A stretch of DNA of 64,000 bases from Octopus vulgaris (Eukaryota). The position numbers and the translations under genes are program-made. Location: positions 25,730,001 through 25,794,000 of the forward strand of contig OX597835.1 of NCBI GenBank assembly GCA_951406725.2, written 5' to 3'. Under the pieces are notes generated by a model that saw nothing but the letters and a program-made list of their open reading frames with translations, made no database searches and had not been told where the DNA came from. Below are positions 27,540-41,084 of the stretch, piece by piece; position 1 is the stretch's first letter, and every line of letters begins with the position of its first letter.

Positions 27540-28039
27540 GTATATATTAGTAACCCTTAATGACGATTGAATTTTTCCTTTATGGCATCACATTGCACCT
27601 AGCCGTTAATATCAATCCATATATTTATATCTGTGTGTGTGTGTGTGTGCGCATGATTACTTTTATATATTTATTTGAATTCTTCCTACAAAAAAAAAAA
27701 AAAAGCAGCTGGAATCTAACAAAATAATCCCCACCCCCCCCCCACCAAAAGAAAAAAAATCACAAAACGAAAATCTGGAATTTGGATAAAACTAATAATT
27801 GTTACATACTTTTACTGTCCCCTTTACAGATCGTATCTGTAAAGTTCATGTTAGTCCGTTTCTTACTTGGCTTGAAAATCGTTGCTTTTTCCAGATTGGC
27901 ATCTAAATATTTACGTACAGAAATAAATGAACCAGTAATTAGTGGTATAAATGGGAATTTATAAACAGGAGGAAAGCTATAAACAGGAGTATTTTAAACA
28001 AGAGTAGGGCTATTGCATCAAATTCATTACTTAATCAAC

Positions 28040-28323
28040 CAGTGGTTCCCAAACTTTTTCGTGCTGTCGCCCTCTCGGCTACTGGGCCGCAGACCAAACG
28101 TCCCCCACCACTCATCACCACCACAGACACAGACCCATTACAGCAGCAAGTTCAAAACAATTGCATTTCACAAATAAAACTTTACCTTATTAATCCATTA
28201 TTTTGATCTTTTTACATCCATAGCCCCCTTTTGGCAACCCCATTATTACCCCTACTTTTCTTCAATGCCCCACCGGATCTTTCCACATCTAGGAGGCCAT
28301 ACCGCCTATTTTGGGAAGCAGTT
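28040..28323. mobile_element. hAT-like MITE, degenerate
   Basis: CAGTGGTTCCCAAACT start with an imperfect inverted end TTTGGGAAGCAGTT; the 8-bp TSD is not well preserved. Confidence 0.55.
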
Positions 28324-28499
28324 CTTCAAACGGTTGGTATCATCAATTAATGTTTCATTAGAGCACAGCGGCCATCATCAGTTGATGCTTCATTAGAGAA
28401 CAGAGGACATCATTTGTTATTTTAAAAATCGTACATTGATACGGCTATCATCAATTGAGGGCCGAGCGTCAACTTCGTTAAAAGCATCTAAACGTAGGT

Positions 28500-29052
28500 G
28501 GGCTTTGTCAATGAAGGGCAAAGTTGACCTAAGCGCGATTTTTACTGGCTAGAAATTTTGGCACAAGGCCAGTAATTTTGAGGGCGGGATTAAGTTGATT
28601 ACATCGATCCCAGTGCTCAACTGGTAGTAATTTTATCGGCCCTGAAAGGGATGGAAGGAAAAGTCGACTTCGGCGGAATTTGAACTCAGAAAGTAGCGAC
28701 GGGCGAAATACTGCTAAGCATTTCGTCCAGCGTGCTAACGTGTCTTTTCTACTCTAGGCACAAAGCCTGAAATTTTTGGGGAGGGGCCAGTCGATTAGAT
28801 CGACCCCAGTACACAACTGGCACTGAATTTATTGACCCCGAAAGGATGAAAGGCAAAGTCGACCTCGGCGGCATTTGATATTAGAACGTAAAGGCAGACG
28901 AAATACCTATTCCTTAACTGCCCACAAGGGGCTACACACAGAGGGGACAAACAAGGACAGACAAACAGATTAAGACGATTATATCTACCCCAGTGCGTAA
29001 CTGGTACTTATTTAATCGACACTGAAAGGATGAAAGGCAAAGTTGACCTCGG
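28500..29052 (-). mobile_element. Cluster of SINE family A copies
   Basis: Repeated SINE-A cores including a dimeric copy. Confidence 0.85.
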
Positions 29053-29420
29053 CTCCACGATGCTCCGGCGGGAGGGGGTGAACCTTGCTGTACTCTTTCA
29101 CCACAACTTTCTCTCACTCTTTCTTCATACTTCTGTCACAAAGCAGAGGAACCATGGTGTAACCCACTATGGTGTGATAAACTTTCAGACCCTAGTCTAG
29201 ATTGCGAATCTTCTGTACCCCAAGAAGGTTCAGCTCTCCACCCGTTAAAAAAGCCATCGTTTACGGAATGAGAATAATAACGTAGCTTTCGCGCCCGTGC
29301 AACCGCCAGTCTATCGCGTGTGGTTGGTGGATCTTCAAGTTGCCGCATGCATTCTTAGTAGCTTAGAGTAGGCTCGAATTAGAGATTATTCTTTGTGGCT
29401 AATGGCGTGAGTCCTGATTG

Positions 29421-29782
29421 GAAGAAGAAGAAGAAGAAGAAGAAGACGAAGAAGAAGAAGAAGAAGACGAAGAGGAAGAAGAAGAAGAAGACGAAGAAGA
29501 CGAAGAAGAAGAAGAAGAAGAGGAAGAAGAAGAAGAAGACGAAGAAGAAGAAGAAGATGAAGAAGAAGAAGATGAAGAAGAAGACGAAGAAGAAGAAGAA
29601 GAAGAAGACGAAGAAGAAGAAGAAGAAGAAGAAGAAGAAGAAGAAGAAGAAGAAGACGAAGAAGAAGAAGACGAAGAAGAAGAAGACGAAGAAGAAGAAG
29701 AAGAAGAAGTAGTAGTAGAAGAAGAAAAAGAAGAAGAAGAAGAAGAAGAAGAAGAAGAAGAAAAAGAAGAAGAAGAAGAAGA
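29421..29782. repeat. About 360-bp (GAA)n tract with GAC/GAT/GAG interruptions
   Basis: Direct inspection. Confidence 0.95.
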
Positions 29783-30199
29783 CAACAACAGTATTAACAA
29801 TAACAATGACGTTAATAATGGAGACAAGAACAGAACGTTTTAAATTGGGTTCCTAAAAGAAGCCTAATTATAATTTTTATTTATTTATTCACTTAAAATA
29901 GACAAAATTATTGTTTGAAGCTGGGTGGAAATAGGGTCATAGGTGCTCGACGAAGTTTCGTTTCGTCTTTCGTTTGACTGTTTTTGTTTTATGTTTAAAA
30001 CATTTTTAATTAACTGAAACGAAATTTAAAGTTGGAAAAGAAAATAATTTAGGTAAAACGTAAATAATAACAACAACAATAAGGAAGAAACAAAAAAAAA
30101 CACGAGAGTGTTAAAATAAAACAAATATAAAATAAAGAAAAACAAAACAAAAGATGAGTAACAAAACGAAATTAAATAGGGACGAAGCGAAGGACATGG

Positions 30200-31580
30200 A
30201 TGTATATATGTTTAGCTGTAAGTATGTGTATATGTATGTACATGTGTGTATATAGGTGTGTATATAATCACACTCAGATACATATACGCATACATACACC
30301 CTTACATACGAACATACATTAATACTCCTACATATTGTGTATATGTGCGTGTATTAGTGCATGTATGTTAGTATATATGTGCGTATGTGTGTATTTATGC
30401 GTATATATATATCTACGTGTGCTTGTATGTGCGTATATATGTGTGAATGTGTGCGTGTTGATGTGCATGTGTTAGTAATTGCATGTGCGTATGTGTTCGT
30501 ATGTATGTATGTATGTATGTATGTATGTATGTATGTATGTATGTATGTATGTATGTATGTATGTATGTATGTATGTATGTATGCATGTATGTATGTATGT
30601 ATGTATGTATGTATGTATGTATGTATGCGTATATGTATAGTGTCTATGTGTGTGTGTATGTGTGTATGTTTGTATGTATGTGTATATGTGTGTGTGCGTA
30701 TGTATATGTTTTTACTTATGTAGGTGTGCATGTGTATATGTATCCATGTGTGTGCGTATGTGTGTACATGTCCAGGTGTAGGAGTATCAATGTATGTTCG
30801 TATGTAAGGGTGTATGTATGCGTATATGTATCTGTGTGTGATTATATATGTGTATATATGTGTGCACGCCTGTGTGTATGTGTGCATGTGTTCGTGCATG
30901 TATGTGTATATGTATGTGTGTATGTGTGTAAGTATGTGTATATGTATCTATGTGTGTATGTGTGTATATATATGTGTTTGTGTGTATATATGTTTCTATG
31001 TGTACATGTATGTGTATGTGTGTATGTGTATGTATGTGTATATATGTCTATATGTTTGTATGCGTGTATATATGTGTGTAGGTGTGTATGTATGCGTATG
31101 TATGCGTGCAGACGTATGTGTATGCACGTATGCGTACGTGTGTACGTGTGAATGTATGTGTATGTACGTGTATGTATGCGTGCATGCGTGTATGTACGTG
31201 TGTCTATATGTGTATGCATGACTGTATTATGTATATATGTGTGTGTATGTATATATGCACGTATGCATGCATGATTGTATGTGTATGTATGTGTGTGTGT
31301 GGATGTATATGTATATGCGATGTGCATGAATGTATGTATGTATATGCACGTGTGAGGATTTATGTATGTATGTATGTGCGATTAGCGCTGTCTGTCTGTG
31401 TATGTATGAAGATGTATATGTATGAATGTATGTTCGTGCATGCGTGTGCGTGTATATCTGTGCACGTTTGTGTGCGTATATTGTGTATGCATCTGTGTGT
31501 TTGTTTGTACGTATGCATATGTGCGTACTTGTGCTTGTGTCTATGCGTGTGTGTGCATGTGCGTGTTTGTGTGTGTTGAT
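30200..31580. repeat. 1.4-kb degenerate (TG/TATG)n tract
   Basis: Direct inspection. Confidence 0.95.
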
Positions 31581-31649
31581 AATTAAAATTTATGTAATAG
31601 TTTATAAGCGTGTCTACACACACACACACACATACACACACATATATAT

Positions 31650-31802
31650 AAATTTGTGTACATTTAAACACAAAATGGTGAGCCTTAACAGGTCGCCTTA
31701 CATGCTAGAAGGTTTGGACACTTTTGTTCCTTCTAGTATGTTCCTTCTAGTATGTAAGGTGACTCGTTTAGGGTCACCTCTTTTGTGTTTAAATGTACAC
31801 TA

Positions 31803-31806
<4 letters not shown>
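31650..31806. mobile_element. Fold-back MITE in (TA)n
   Basis: Arms of about 60 bp (aaatttgtgtacatttaaacacaaaa...ccttacatgctagaagg and its inverse), flanked by TA repeats. Confidence 0.8.
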
Positions 31807-31846
<40 letters not shown>

Positions 31847-31850
31847 TCAC

Positions 31851-31882
<32 letters not shown>

Positions 31883-32064
31883 GTATATATACACACACAC
31901 ATATATATACCTATACATATATATATATATAAATGTATATGTATATACAGAGATATAAATACAAATTTATGTAAAGGTCTGTACGTGCATATATATGTTC
32001 TGATGTATTTGGTCCAGATCTTTGTGTTCTGAGTTCAACACCCACTTTCGGGGTCGATAAATAC

Positions 32065-32690
32065 GCGCACTCCTGAGGAGGGGCAGTACTTCCTGGAAAA
32101 TCCGTGGACGGGAAGGGGAGGAGAGGAGTCCTTCCTGGAAAAGTTCGAAGATGGGAAGGGGAAGAGTTGGAGTACTTCCTGGAAATGTCCGAGGACGGGG
32201 AGTTCTTCCTGGAAAGTTCGAGGATGGAGGAGGAGAAGTGCGATCGGACTGGCCATTGATAGAATTTTTCTCGAAAAATCTTATCCTATATTAGATGTAA
32301 ATTTAATAGCGTTCACTTCCGGACTCTCTCACTTTATGAGAGTTTTCAGTCAGATCGCACGTATCTCGAGGTGTCCTGGAAAATTTCTACTTTGGATATA
32401 TTTGGGCTACTTAAGTGTGCTCATGACATAGTGTTTGCTTCTTCCATGGGTATAAGTAAGTATTTCATTTATTTCCTACCATATTTATCGCTGACGAGGA
32501 GAAAATTCTTATGAATTAACTCTGAAATTGGGACCGATACGATAATAACGGAATTTTTTAGAAATTTCTGTCGGCTTACTTCGAGACGCATGCTTGTAGT
32601 GATAAATCATATGGTTATTGACGATTTGTCTATTTTCGGCATATTTGGCATTAGAATTTTTTCTTTTGTCCATGTTTATAAGTTGTATAT
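32065..32690 (+). mobile_element. Probable Penelope-like pLTR with short tandem repeats
   Basis: GC-richer tandem units with TTCCTGGAA; hammerhead-like CTGACGAGGAG...CTTCGAGAC (about 32491-32587); ends in (TA)n. Confidence 0.4.
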
Positions 32691-32809
32691 ATATATATAT
32701 TCTGCGTTAGATGAAGAAACGGTGATGAGTGAAAGTTCTGTAAATAATAATAAACTTTAAGCTTACAAGTCTTCATTGCGTATTTGCTAAAGAAAATTGT
32801 CTAATAGTC

Positions 32810-33010
32810 TTTTCTATTCTAGGCACAAGGCCCGAAATTTTTTGGAGAGGGAGCCAGTCGACTAAATCGACTCCAGTACGCAACTGGTACTTAATTTATC
32901 GACCACAAGAGGATGAAATGCAAAGTCGACTTCGGCGGAATTTGAACTTAAAGACGAAATACCGCTAAGCATTCCGTCCAGCGCGCTTACGTTTCTGCCA
33001 GCTCGCCGCT
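32810..33010 (-). mobile_element. SINE family A
   Basis: Head to type-2 tail on the minus strand. Confidence 0.85.
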
Positions 33011-33254
33011 TTCGAAAGCCTGGTATTGTTATAATTGCTTTTTGAAGCATCCTTACCATTAGAACAGTTTTCGCTTTAAAGCAAATTGTCTAATGTTATG
33101 GCATATAAACCCTCGGCAGAAAAGAATGTGGGTTCCTCACCTGTGCCTACGGAAAACCCACTTTTCCGTCGAATGCTTATATACCCCAATATTGGACTAT
33201 TTTCTATAAGCTTAAAGCTTATAACTATTAATATTTATAGAATACATACGTACA

Positions 33255-33352
<98 letters not shown>

Positions 33353-33459
33353 CTGCTCGCTTAGCCAGCGGGGTGGCGTCATTCGAAGGCTAAAACAATG
33401 CGAGCGCATTGTGACCAGCGATGTGTAACTACATCTGATGGACTGGTCGGTCACGTGAT

Positions 33460-33502
<43 letters not shown>

Positions 33503-33530
33503 CATACATATATATAATTAAATTAATAAT

Positions 33531-33589
<59 letters not shown>

Positions 33590-34943
33590 GTCTATATATC
33601 TCACTATCTATCTATGTGTGTGTGTGTGTGTGTGCGTGTGTGTGTGTATGTATACATACAATATATTTATTTATATGAATGTAACACTCTGTATACATGT
33701 ATATGAATGTGTCTGTGCCTGTGTGACCACGCTTGTGTGCGTGTGTCTGTGTTGCTTTTAGTAGCGAACTAAAAAGTGATTGATCAACACTGCATAGGTG
33801 GATGAGTAAATTTCTCTTGATAGTAGTGTATACTATTAATACGACACCAATGGTTTCATGCCAACTAAGTTGCAATTATAGAACCGTAGTTACAATAAAG
33901 CCAGCCGGCCGGTAATTTTGTCATACTTGATTTGAAACGAAATTGCACTTGAAATTTCGTGTGGAAATGGATGGCACGAGCACAAAAGGCGACGAGCTGG
34001 CAGAATCATTAGCAAGTCGGGCAAAATGTTTAGCGGCATTTCTTTCGGCTTTGAGATGAAAAGTAGGTAAAAGAAGTGGCCAACAAAAGCCATCGTTCAG
34101 GGACTGTAGCATCAGTTGCTTCCCTTGTGTTGTTTTCCAGGTTTATTCGGTAGAATGTTTGACACCAGTTCTTTCTTGTTAGCAGTATATACTCAATCGT
34201 ACTAACAAAGGATTCACAAAATCCACCAACACCAGGGGGATAATAGGCTTTTGCTAAATTAAGTTCTTCCACAAACTCCAGTTTGCGGAAGAACTTAATT
34301 TGCATTAGTACGACATATCATATACACGGATACATAAACACATATAAACACATACATATACACACAATTCACACAAATATATACGTATATATATATATAC
34401 ATACATACATACATACATACATACACAAACACACACTCACACATATATATGTGTATGTATATATATATATGTACATATATAGGCTTAAAGATACATAGAT
34501 ATAGGTAGACACTGCACACACATGACTATATATGTGTGTGAGTGTGTGTATATATATATATCTATGACTATATATGTGTGTGAGTTTGTGTGTATATATA
34601 TATATATATCTATGACTATATGTGTGTGTGTGTGTGTATCTATATATGCACGTATGTATGCATGTGTACGTGTGTGTGAATGTTTTCACATTACCTTCAT
34701 ACACCCCTCAATCAACAGAAACCCTTTGTTGACATCGGTTCCGCAAAATTGGGTTTCGTTGATAGCAAAATTGTAAACAATGTCTTAATTTTTTTGTAAT
34801 ATAATGTTGCTGTCTTAAGCAAAAGAATCTATTTTTATTCTCCCGTCTTTGTTAATTAACTTAGAGGTGGGCCTTTGTTTTTGTTGTTGGAAATTAATTT
34901 CTTAAGTAACTTAGGAAAAATTTGCCAAATAAGAATTATCTGC

Positions 34944-35114
34944 AATTTAAAAAAAAATTCCACAAAAATGGTAACAAAAAACAAAAAAAATAAAATAAAT
35001 TAAAACAGTCCCTGTAAAAGGAACACATACATACATACTTATATAATACATACATACATACATACATACATACATACATACATACATACATACACAAATA
35101 CACATATATATGTG

Positions 35115-35151
<37 letters not shown>

Positions 35152-35240
35152 TTGTCTATGTATATATGTGTTCCTTTTGCAGGGACCGTTTTTACTTGTT
35201 TTGTATTTTGTTTCCATTTTTGAGGATTTTTTGGGAAAAT
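34944..35240. repeat. Inverted repeat with microsatellite spacer
   Basis: aaaacagtccctgtaaaaggaacacata versus tatgtgttccttttgcagggaccgtttt, extending to caaaaatggtaacaaaa / ttttgtttccatttttg. Confidence 0.8.
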
Positions 35241-36093
35241 TATACATATATATAAAGACACAGACGTACACGTATAAATGTATGCGAGTGTGTGTGTGTG
35301 TGTGTGTGTGCATGTGTGTGTGTGTGTGTGTGTATGTGTGTGTGTGTGTGTGTGCGAGTAAAAAACTCCGTAAAACCATTAAACACAAATGTAAAAATAC
35401 AAATTGAAAAAAACAAACATATCAAGTATTAATTTAAGTATTCCCCTCCCTCATAACAAAAAAGTCCCACAAATAAATATATAAAAAAGTAAACCTGAAA
35501 AATGCAGTTTAAAAACAAGCATAAAAAATACATTAGAGCCAAAAAAAACTAAAAGAACGAAAAAAGGAATAAAGTTATAACGCACTGAAATCAATGAATA
35601 AATAAATAAGACAAAAAAAAAAGATTTTAACACAAAAACAACTCTCGCAAAAATATAAGACATAACAAGAGAAAAAAATAATGAAAAACAAAACTTGGAA
35701 AATATAATGAAACATAAAAAGGAAATAAAAAAACGTAAAAAATAGTATAAAAAAAATTTCCGCGAAACTATAAAAAAAACTCTTACAAAAATATATAGCA
35801 ACAACAGGAAAAAAAAAATAAAAAACAAAACCTGGAAAATATAATGAAAATAAAAAGAAAAAAAAACGTGAAAATTTTTTCGAAAATTACTTGAAAAAGA
35901 AAATATCGGGAAAAATAATTTAGCCTAGGAGAATAAAATTTAGGGTTATTTATTCTGGAATCTATTGGAAGTTAATTTAAATAAAACACCATTAATTAAA
36001 CAACTGAATGAAGAAATAATACGAAATACAAATTAAAAAGACAACAATAACTCCCCTCCCCTTACTGCAGAGCGGGTTGTCAATGAGCCAATG

Positions 36094-36893
36094 GGCGGCG
36101 AGGTGGCAAATTCGTTAGTTTAGCGGCGTTTCTTCCAGTTCTTTACGAATCGAGTTAAAACCCGCTTAGGTCAAAATTGCCTTTAATCCCCGAAGTTTCC
36201 ACTCAAATACTCTGAGTCGATGTAACCGACTTGTTCATCCCGTCAAAAATTGCTAGCCATGGTTCCAGGTTCAGTCCTATTGTGTGGCTCATTGGGCAAG
36301 TATCTTCTACTCGGGCCGACCAAAGCCTTGTGAGTGGACTTGGTAGATGGAAACTGAAAGAAGCCCATCGTATATGTATGTGTGTGTGTGTGTGTGTCTG
36401 TGTGTGTGTTTGTCCCCTCCATCGCTTGACAATCGATCTTGGTGTGTTTACGTCCCTGTAACTTAGCGGTTCAGCATAAGAAACCGATAGAATAAGTAAG
36501 AAGCTTACAAAGAATAAGTCCTGGGGTCGACTTCTTTGACTAAAAAGCTGGTGCTCCAGCATGGCCACAGTCAAATGATTAAAACAAGTAAAAGAAAGTA
36601 AAAGTGTCCCGACATCCCAAACTCGGAGTTTTATCATGGCTACCGAATAATTGTCACATATTAATTTTATAGATAAATTCCTCAATTTACATAATATCGA
36701 GGTCTCTTTCATTCTTTTGTTGTTGTCTTGTGTAAGTACCATTTCTATCAATATATATATATTTGGTAGACGGAAACTGAAAAAGCCTGTCGTATATATG
36801 TATATATATATGTATGCGTGTGTTTGTGTGTCTGTGTTTGTCCCCCTAGCATTGCTTGACAACCGATGCTGGTGTGTTTAGGTCCCCGTCACT
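36094..36893 (+). mobile_element. Degenerate SINE-A followed by two SINE-B copies
   Basis: SINE-A about 36094-36255, SINE-B about 36257-36600, SINE-B fragment about 36760-36893. Confidence 0.8.
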
Positions 36894-36921
36894 TATATAT
36901 ATATATATATATATATAAAGA

Positions 36922-36956
<35 letters not shown>

Positions 36957-37148
36957 CAATAATATAGATCCAGAAACTGCAGTCCGTGCGTATCACTTAG
37001 GTTGATGATGGAAGGATGACCTCCCTTTGCAAATACCGATAGGGCACAGAAAGTGTGCCTATAGCCAGCTGGAGGAGATGTTCCCCTGGGGCTACAAGCT
37101 ACAGTAACACCCACCCTTAGTGGTTAGCCATATTGAGATGGCAAATAT

Positions 37149-37230
<82 letters not shown>

Positions 37231-37274
37231 CATGTGTGTATGTGTCTGTGTGTGTATGTATATATATATATATA

Positions 37275-37443
37275 TACGACAGGTTTCTTTCAGTTTCCGC
37301 CTGCCAGAGCCACACACAACGCTTTGGTCGACCTGAGACTATAGTTGATACCTAAATTGATTACTCAAGGTGTCATGCAGTAGGACTGAACCCGGAACCA
37401 TATGGCTGGGAAGCACGCTGCTTACCACGCAGCCACGCCTGTG
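37275..37443 (-). mobile_element. SINE family B head half
   Basis: Reverse complement of the SINE-B head. Confidence 0.8.
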
Positions 37444-38115
37444 CCTACATACATATACATATACACACATGTATGTATATGTGAGTGTGTGTGGTTGCGC
37501 GTGCGAATGTGTGTGTATGAGTATGTGAGCATATGTGTGTGTATGTGTGTTGAGTGTTTATACGTATGGGTTTGTATGAGTGTATATGTGTGTATGTGTG
37601 TGTATGTATGCATTTCCTTGTATGTTTCATATATGTATTTCTGTGCATGTATAATACACATAAGCGCGCGCACGCACGCACGCACACATACACACAGACA
37701 CTCATAAATGCATATATGTGTATAAATATAATAGATGGAATGAATGTCTACATATACAGATATGATATATACAATGTTTGTATGCGTGTGTGTGAGTGTG
37801 TGAGTGTATGTGAGTGCATATATGTATGCATACGTGTATGTATAGTACCATAGGTGTCCTGTACGACTATATTTAGCTATTTGCATATACTTTCCAATTT
37901 TCAAATACGTACAGCTGCAGGTGAATATTTAATTAGCTTTACTTGAATTACCTGAAATAATAGTTTGTACGGTGACTCTATTTTTAGTATTGAGTCTTCT
38001 TCCTATCAGTAAAAAGTTGTTCTGTTGTTATTCTAAAAAATTTTAACTGAAAGACCTTAAAATATTAATACACACACGCGTGCGGGTGCATACACACATA
38101 CAAACATATGCACAC

Positions 38116-38169
<54 letters not shown>

Positions 38170-38522
38170 ATACACACGCATATATATATATATAAATATA
38201 CACATACACATACATATGTATTTATGCATGTATGTACATAGTATATAAATATATTAATGTTTGTTTTTATGACAAATTATTTATAAAAAACAATTCAATA
38301 TTGTAAACTGAAGAATTATTGGGTACGATTGAGTAGACTAAAAATTAATTAAGCTTATGAAAACGGGGATGATGAGATGACAGTAACATAGAAGTTTTAG
38401 CCTGCTAGACTTCGTAAGGACAACTAGCTGGAACTTCGAAAAGTCATTCACATCTCTCTTCTTTTGAAACTATATATATATGCATACATAAATACATACA
38501 AGCATGTATATATATATGTATA

Positions 38523-38595
<73 letters not shown>

Positions 38596-38597
<2 letters not shown>

Positions 38598-38777
38598 AGA
38601 GTTTACGAAAAAAAGCAAAAAACGAAGACAGGTGGTGTACAAAATAAACAGATATATTAGTATAACGCTCAGGAATAGAAAAAGTCTTTTACGTTTCGAG
38701 CCTACACTCTTCTACAGAAAGGGACACAGAAAAAAACCAAGGAGAGAAACAAGGAGAGAAAAGGATGTATGTAGTGG

Positions 38778-38780
<3 letters not shown>
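38596..38780 (-). mobile_element. Penelope-like pLTR fragment with hammerhead-like motif, in (TA)n
   Basis: (TA)n on both sides; cttt-CTGTAGA-a-gagt-gtag-gctc-GAAA-cg-TA-aaag at 38686-38721 on the minus strand. Confidence 0.7.
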
Positions 38781-38831
<51 letters not shown>

Positions 38832-39292
38832 GTCAGGGTACAATATGTAGCAAATATGCTAAAAAACAGTCCTCTCCATTTGTAAGTGGTATAGACTTGA
38901 TATAATAATATTTACCTGCACATATAACACAAATAAACAAATGCGTAGATACAGTCGAGCATCGGACACTTTTACCAAAATACTGGACCAACCGACCGTA
39001 AAAGATTACACTCAAGGAAGATCAGCTGCTACCGAAATTATAGTTTCATTTCCAGTCATAAAATTTCAAGAAACTTTAATAAAATATTAAAAAATTTCTA
39101 ATAAATAAATAAATAAATAAATAAATAAGTAAATAAATAAACAACAAAAACGAAAATAATGTGGTACTCCAGCATGGTCGAAGTCCATCGAATAAAACTA
39201 CTAAAAGAAGAAATTTATGTATTTGTACATACATAACAACTTTTTATATATATCAGTATAAAAAAGCAAATATATACATTTGTGTTTATATG

Positions 39293-39347
<55 letters not shown>

Positions 39348-39350
39348 ATG

Positions 39351-39454
<104 letters not shown>

Positions 39455-39478
39455 GATGTATATGTATATATGTATATA

Positions 39479-39521
<43 letters not shown>

Positions 39522-39527
39522 TCTATG

Positions 39528-39558
<31 letters not shown>

Positions 39559-39617
39559 ATATATGCATATATGTATATGGATATATACATATATATATAT
39601 ATTTATAGATGTATATG

Positions 39618-39678
<61 letters not shown>

Positions 39679-39764
39679 GAATGTATATATACACACATAT
39701 ATGTAAGTATGTTTACATTCTTAGGAGTTAGAGACTGAGATATGTGAAATAAATTATTTTTTGT

Positions 39765-39909
39765 GGTGGAACACGAAGTAGATAAAACTATAAATAATAG
39801 CGCATAGAATATTGGGGTAAAAAATCACTTGGATAGAAAGAAAACGTGTTTCAGCCCAGTATTTCGACACCACATTGTTATTTATAGCTTTATCTACTTC
39901 GAGTTCCAT
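39765..39909. mobile_element. Fold-back MITE-like element
   Basis: 33-bp terminal arms ggtggaacacgaagtagataaaactataaataa / ttatttatagctttatctacttcgagttccatc with degenerate inward extension. Confidence 0.7.
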
Positions 39910-40168
39910 CGTTAAAAATGTTTTATTTCATATCTCTGAAAGTTCCGAAAAAATTTCAATGTAAACATCTTACAATTCTCGCTGGTAAAAACAAAGCTTC
40001 TAAAATGAATGTTGGAAATTCGAAGTATTTCTGTGGTATTGTAGTTAGCACATCTGTCATTTTCAGAGACTATACGGGTTCGAGTCCCACGGGCAAGCTT
40101 CCATTTGTATCCATTTTAGGTATTTTTAACTCTATATTCTATACACTATTATTAATAGCCTTAAATAA

Positions 40169-40628
40169 GGCGGTAAGATGGCAGAATCGTTAGAAATTTT
40201 CGCGGTATTTCACCCGTCTCTCTGTTCTGAGTTCGAATTCCGCTCGTCTCTATGTTCTGAGTTTAAATTCCGCCGGGGTCGACTTTACCCTTCATCCATT
40301 CGGGGTCGATTAAGTACCAGTTGAGTTCTGGGGCAGTTGTAATCGACTATTCACCTCTCCCAAATTGCAGGCCTTGTGCCTATAATAGAAAATATTATTA
40401 ATAGCCATAAATAAGGCGGCGAGCTGGCAGAATCGTTAGCACGTTGAGCGAATTGTTTAGCGATATTTCGCCCGTTGCTACGTTGTGAGTTCAAGTTCAA
40501 CCGAGGTCGACTTTGCTTTTCATCCCTTTCGGGGTCGACAAATTAAGTACCAATCAAGTACTAGGGTCGATGTGATCGATTTTCCCTTCCCCCTCAAATT
40601 TTAGGGCTTGTGCTTATAGTAGAAAGGT
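40169..40628 (+). mobile_element. Two tandem SINE family A copies with a triplicated target site
   Basis: ttattaatagcyttaaa motif at 40147, 40393 and 40629 brackets each copy. Confidence 0.9.
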
Positions 40629-41084
40629 TTATTAATAGCTTTAAAAAGTAATTTACATATACATCTATACGTCTATCGATAAGCCCATCTATGCACTTTC
40701 ATCATGGTTGTCTGGTTCCAAAATACTTCTTGTGAAATGGTTTAATGAGTCAATGATAAGTAAATAATATAACACTGGAAAAATAGATTTCGTTCCGATA
40801 CCCCAAGTTGTCCCGAGCATTGTGGATGGTTACTGGGGCGCGCTTTTGAAGTCCGGACAGAATTTTTGACTGCTCGCCGATCCGTGTTGTCACGGATCAA
40901 TTCGTGATAAGCATAACACGGTTCATAATTGAGCGTCAGCTGTTATCGTAAGTCAGTGACAAACAAGGATAGATGTGTATGCGTGTTTGTTTGAAGTTGG
41001 TGGCTGCAGTTTTGCATCGAGGTAACTGAAAATTTCATCACTGGCTTACCTATTCAAGGTGAAACTTGAATAGGCTATGTTTCT

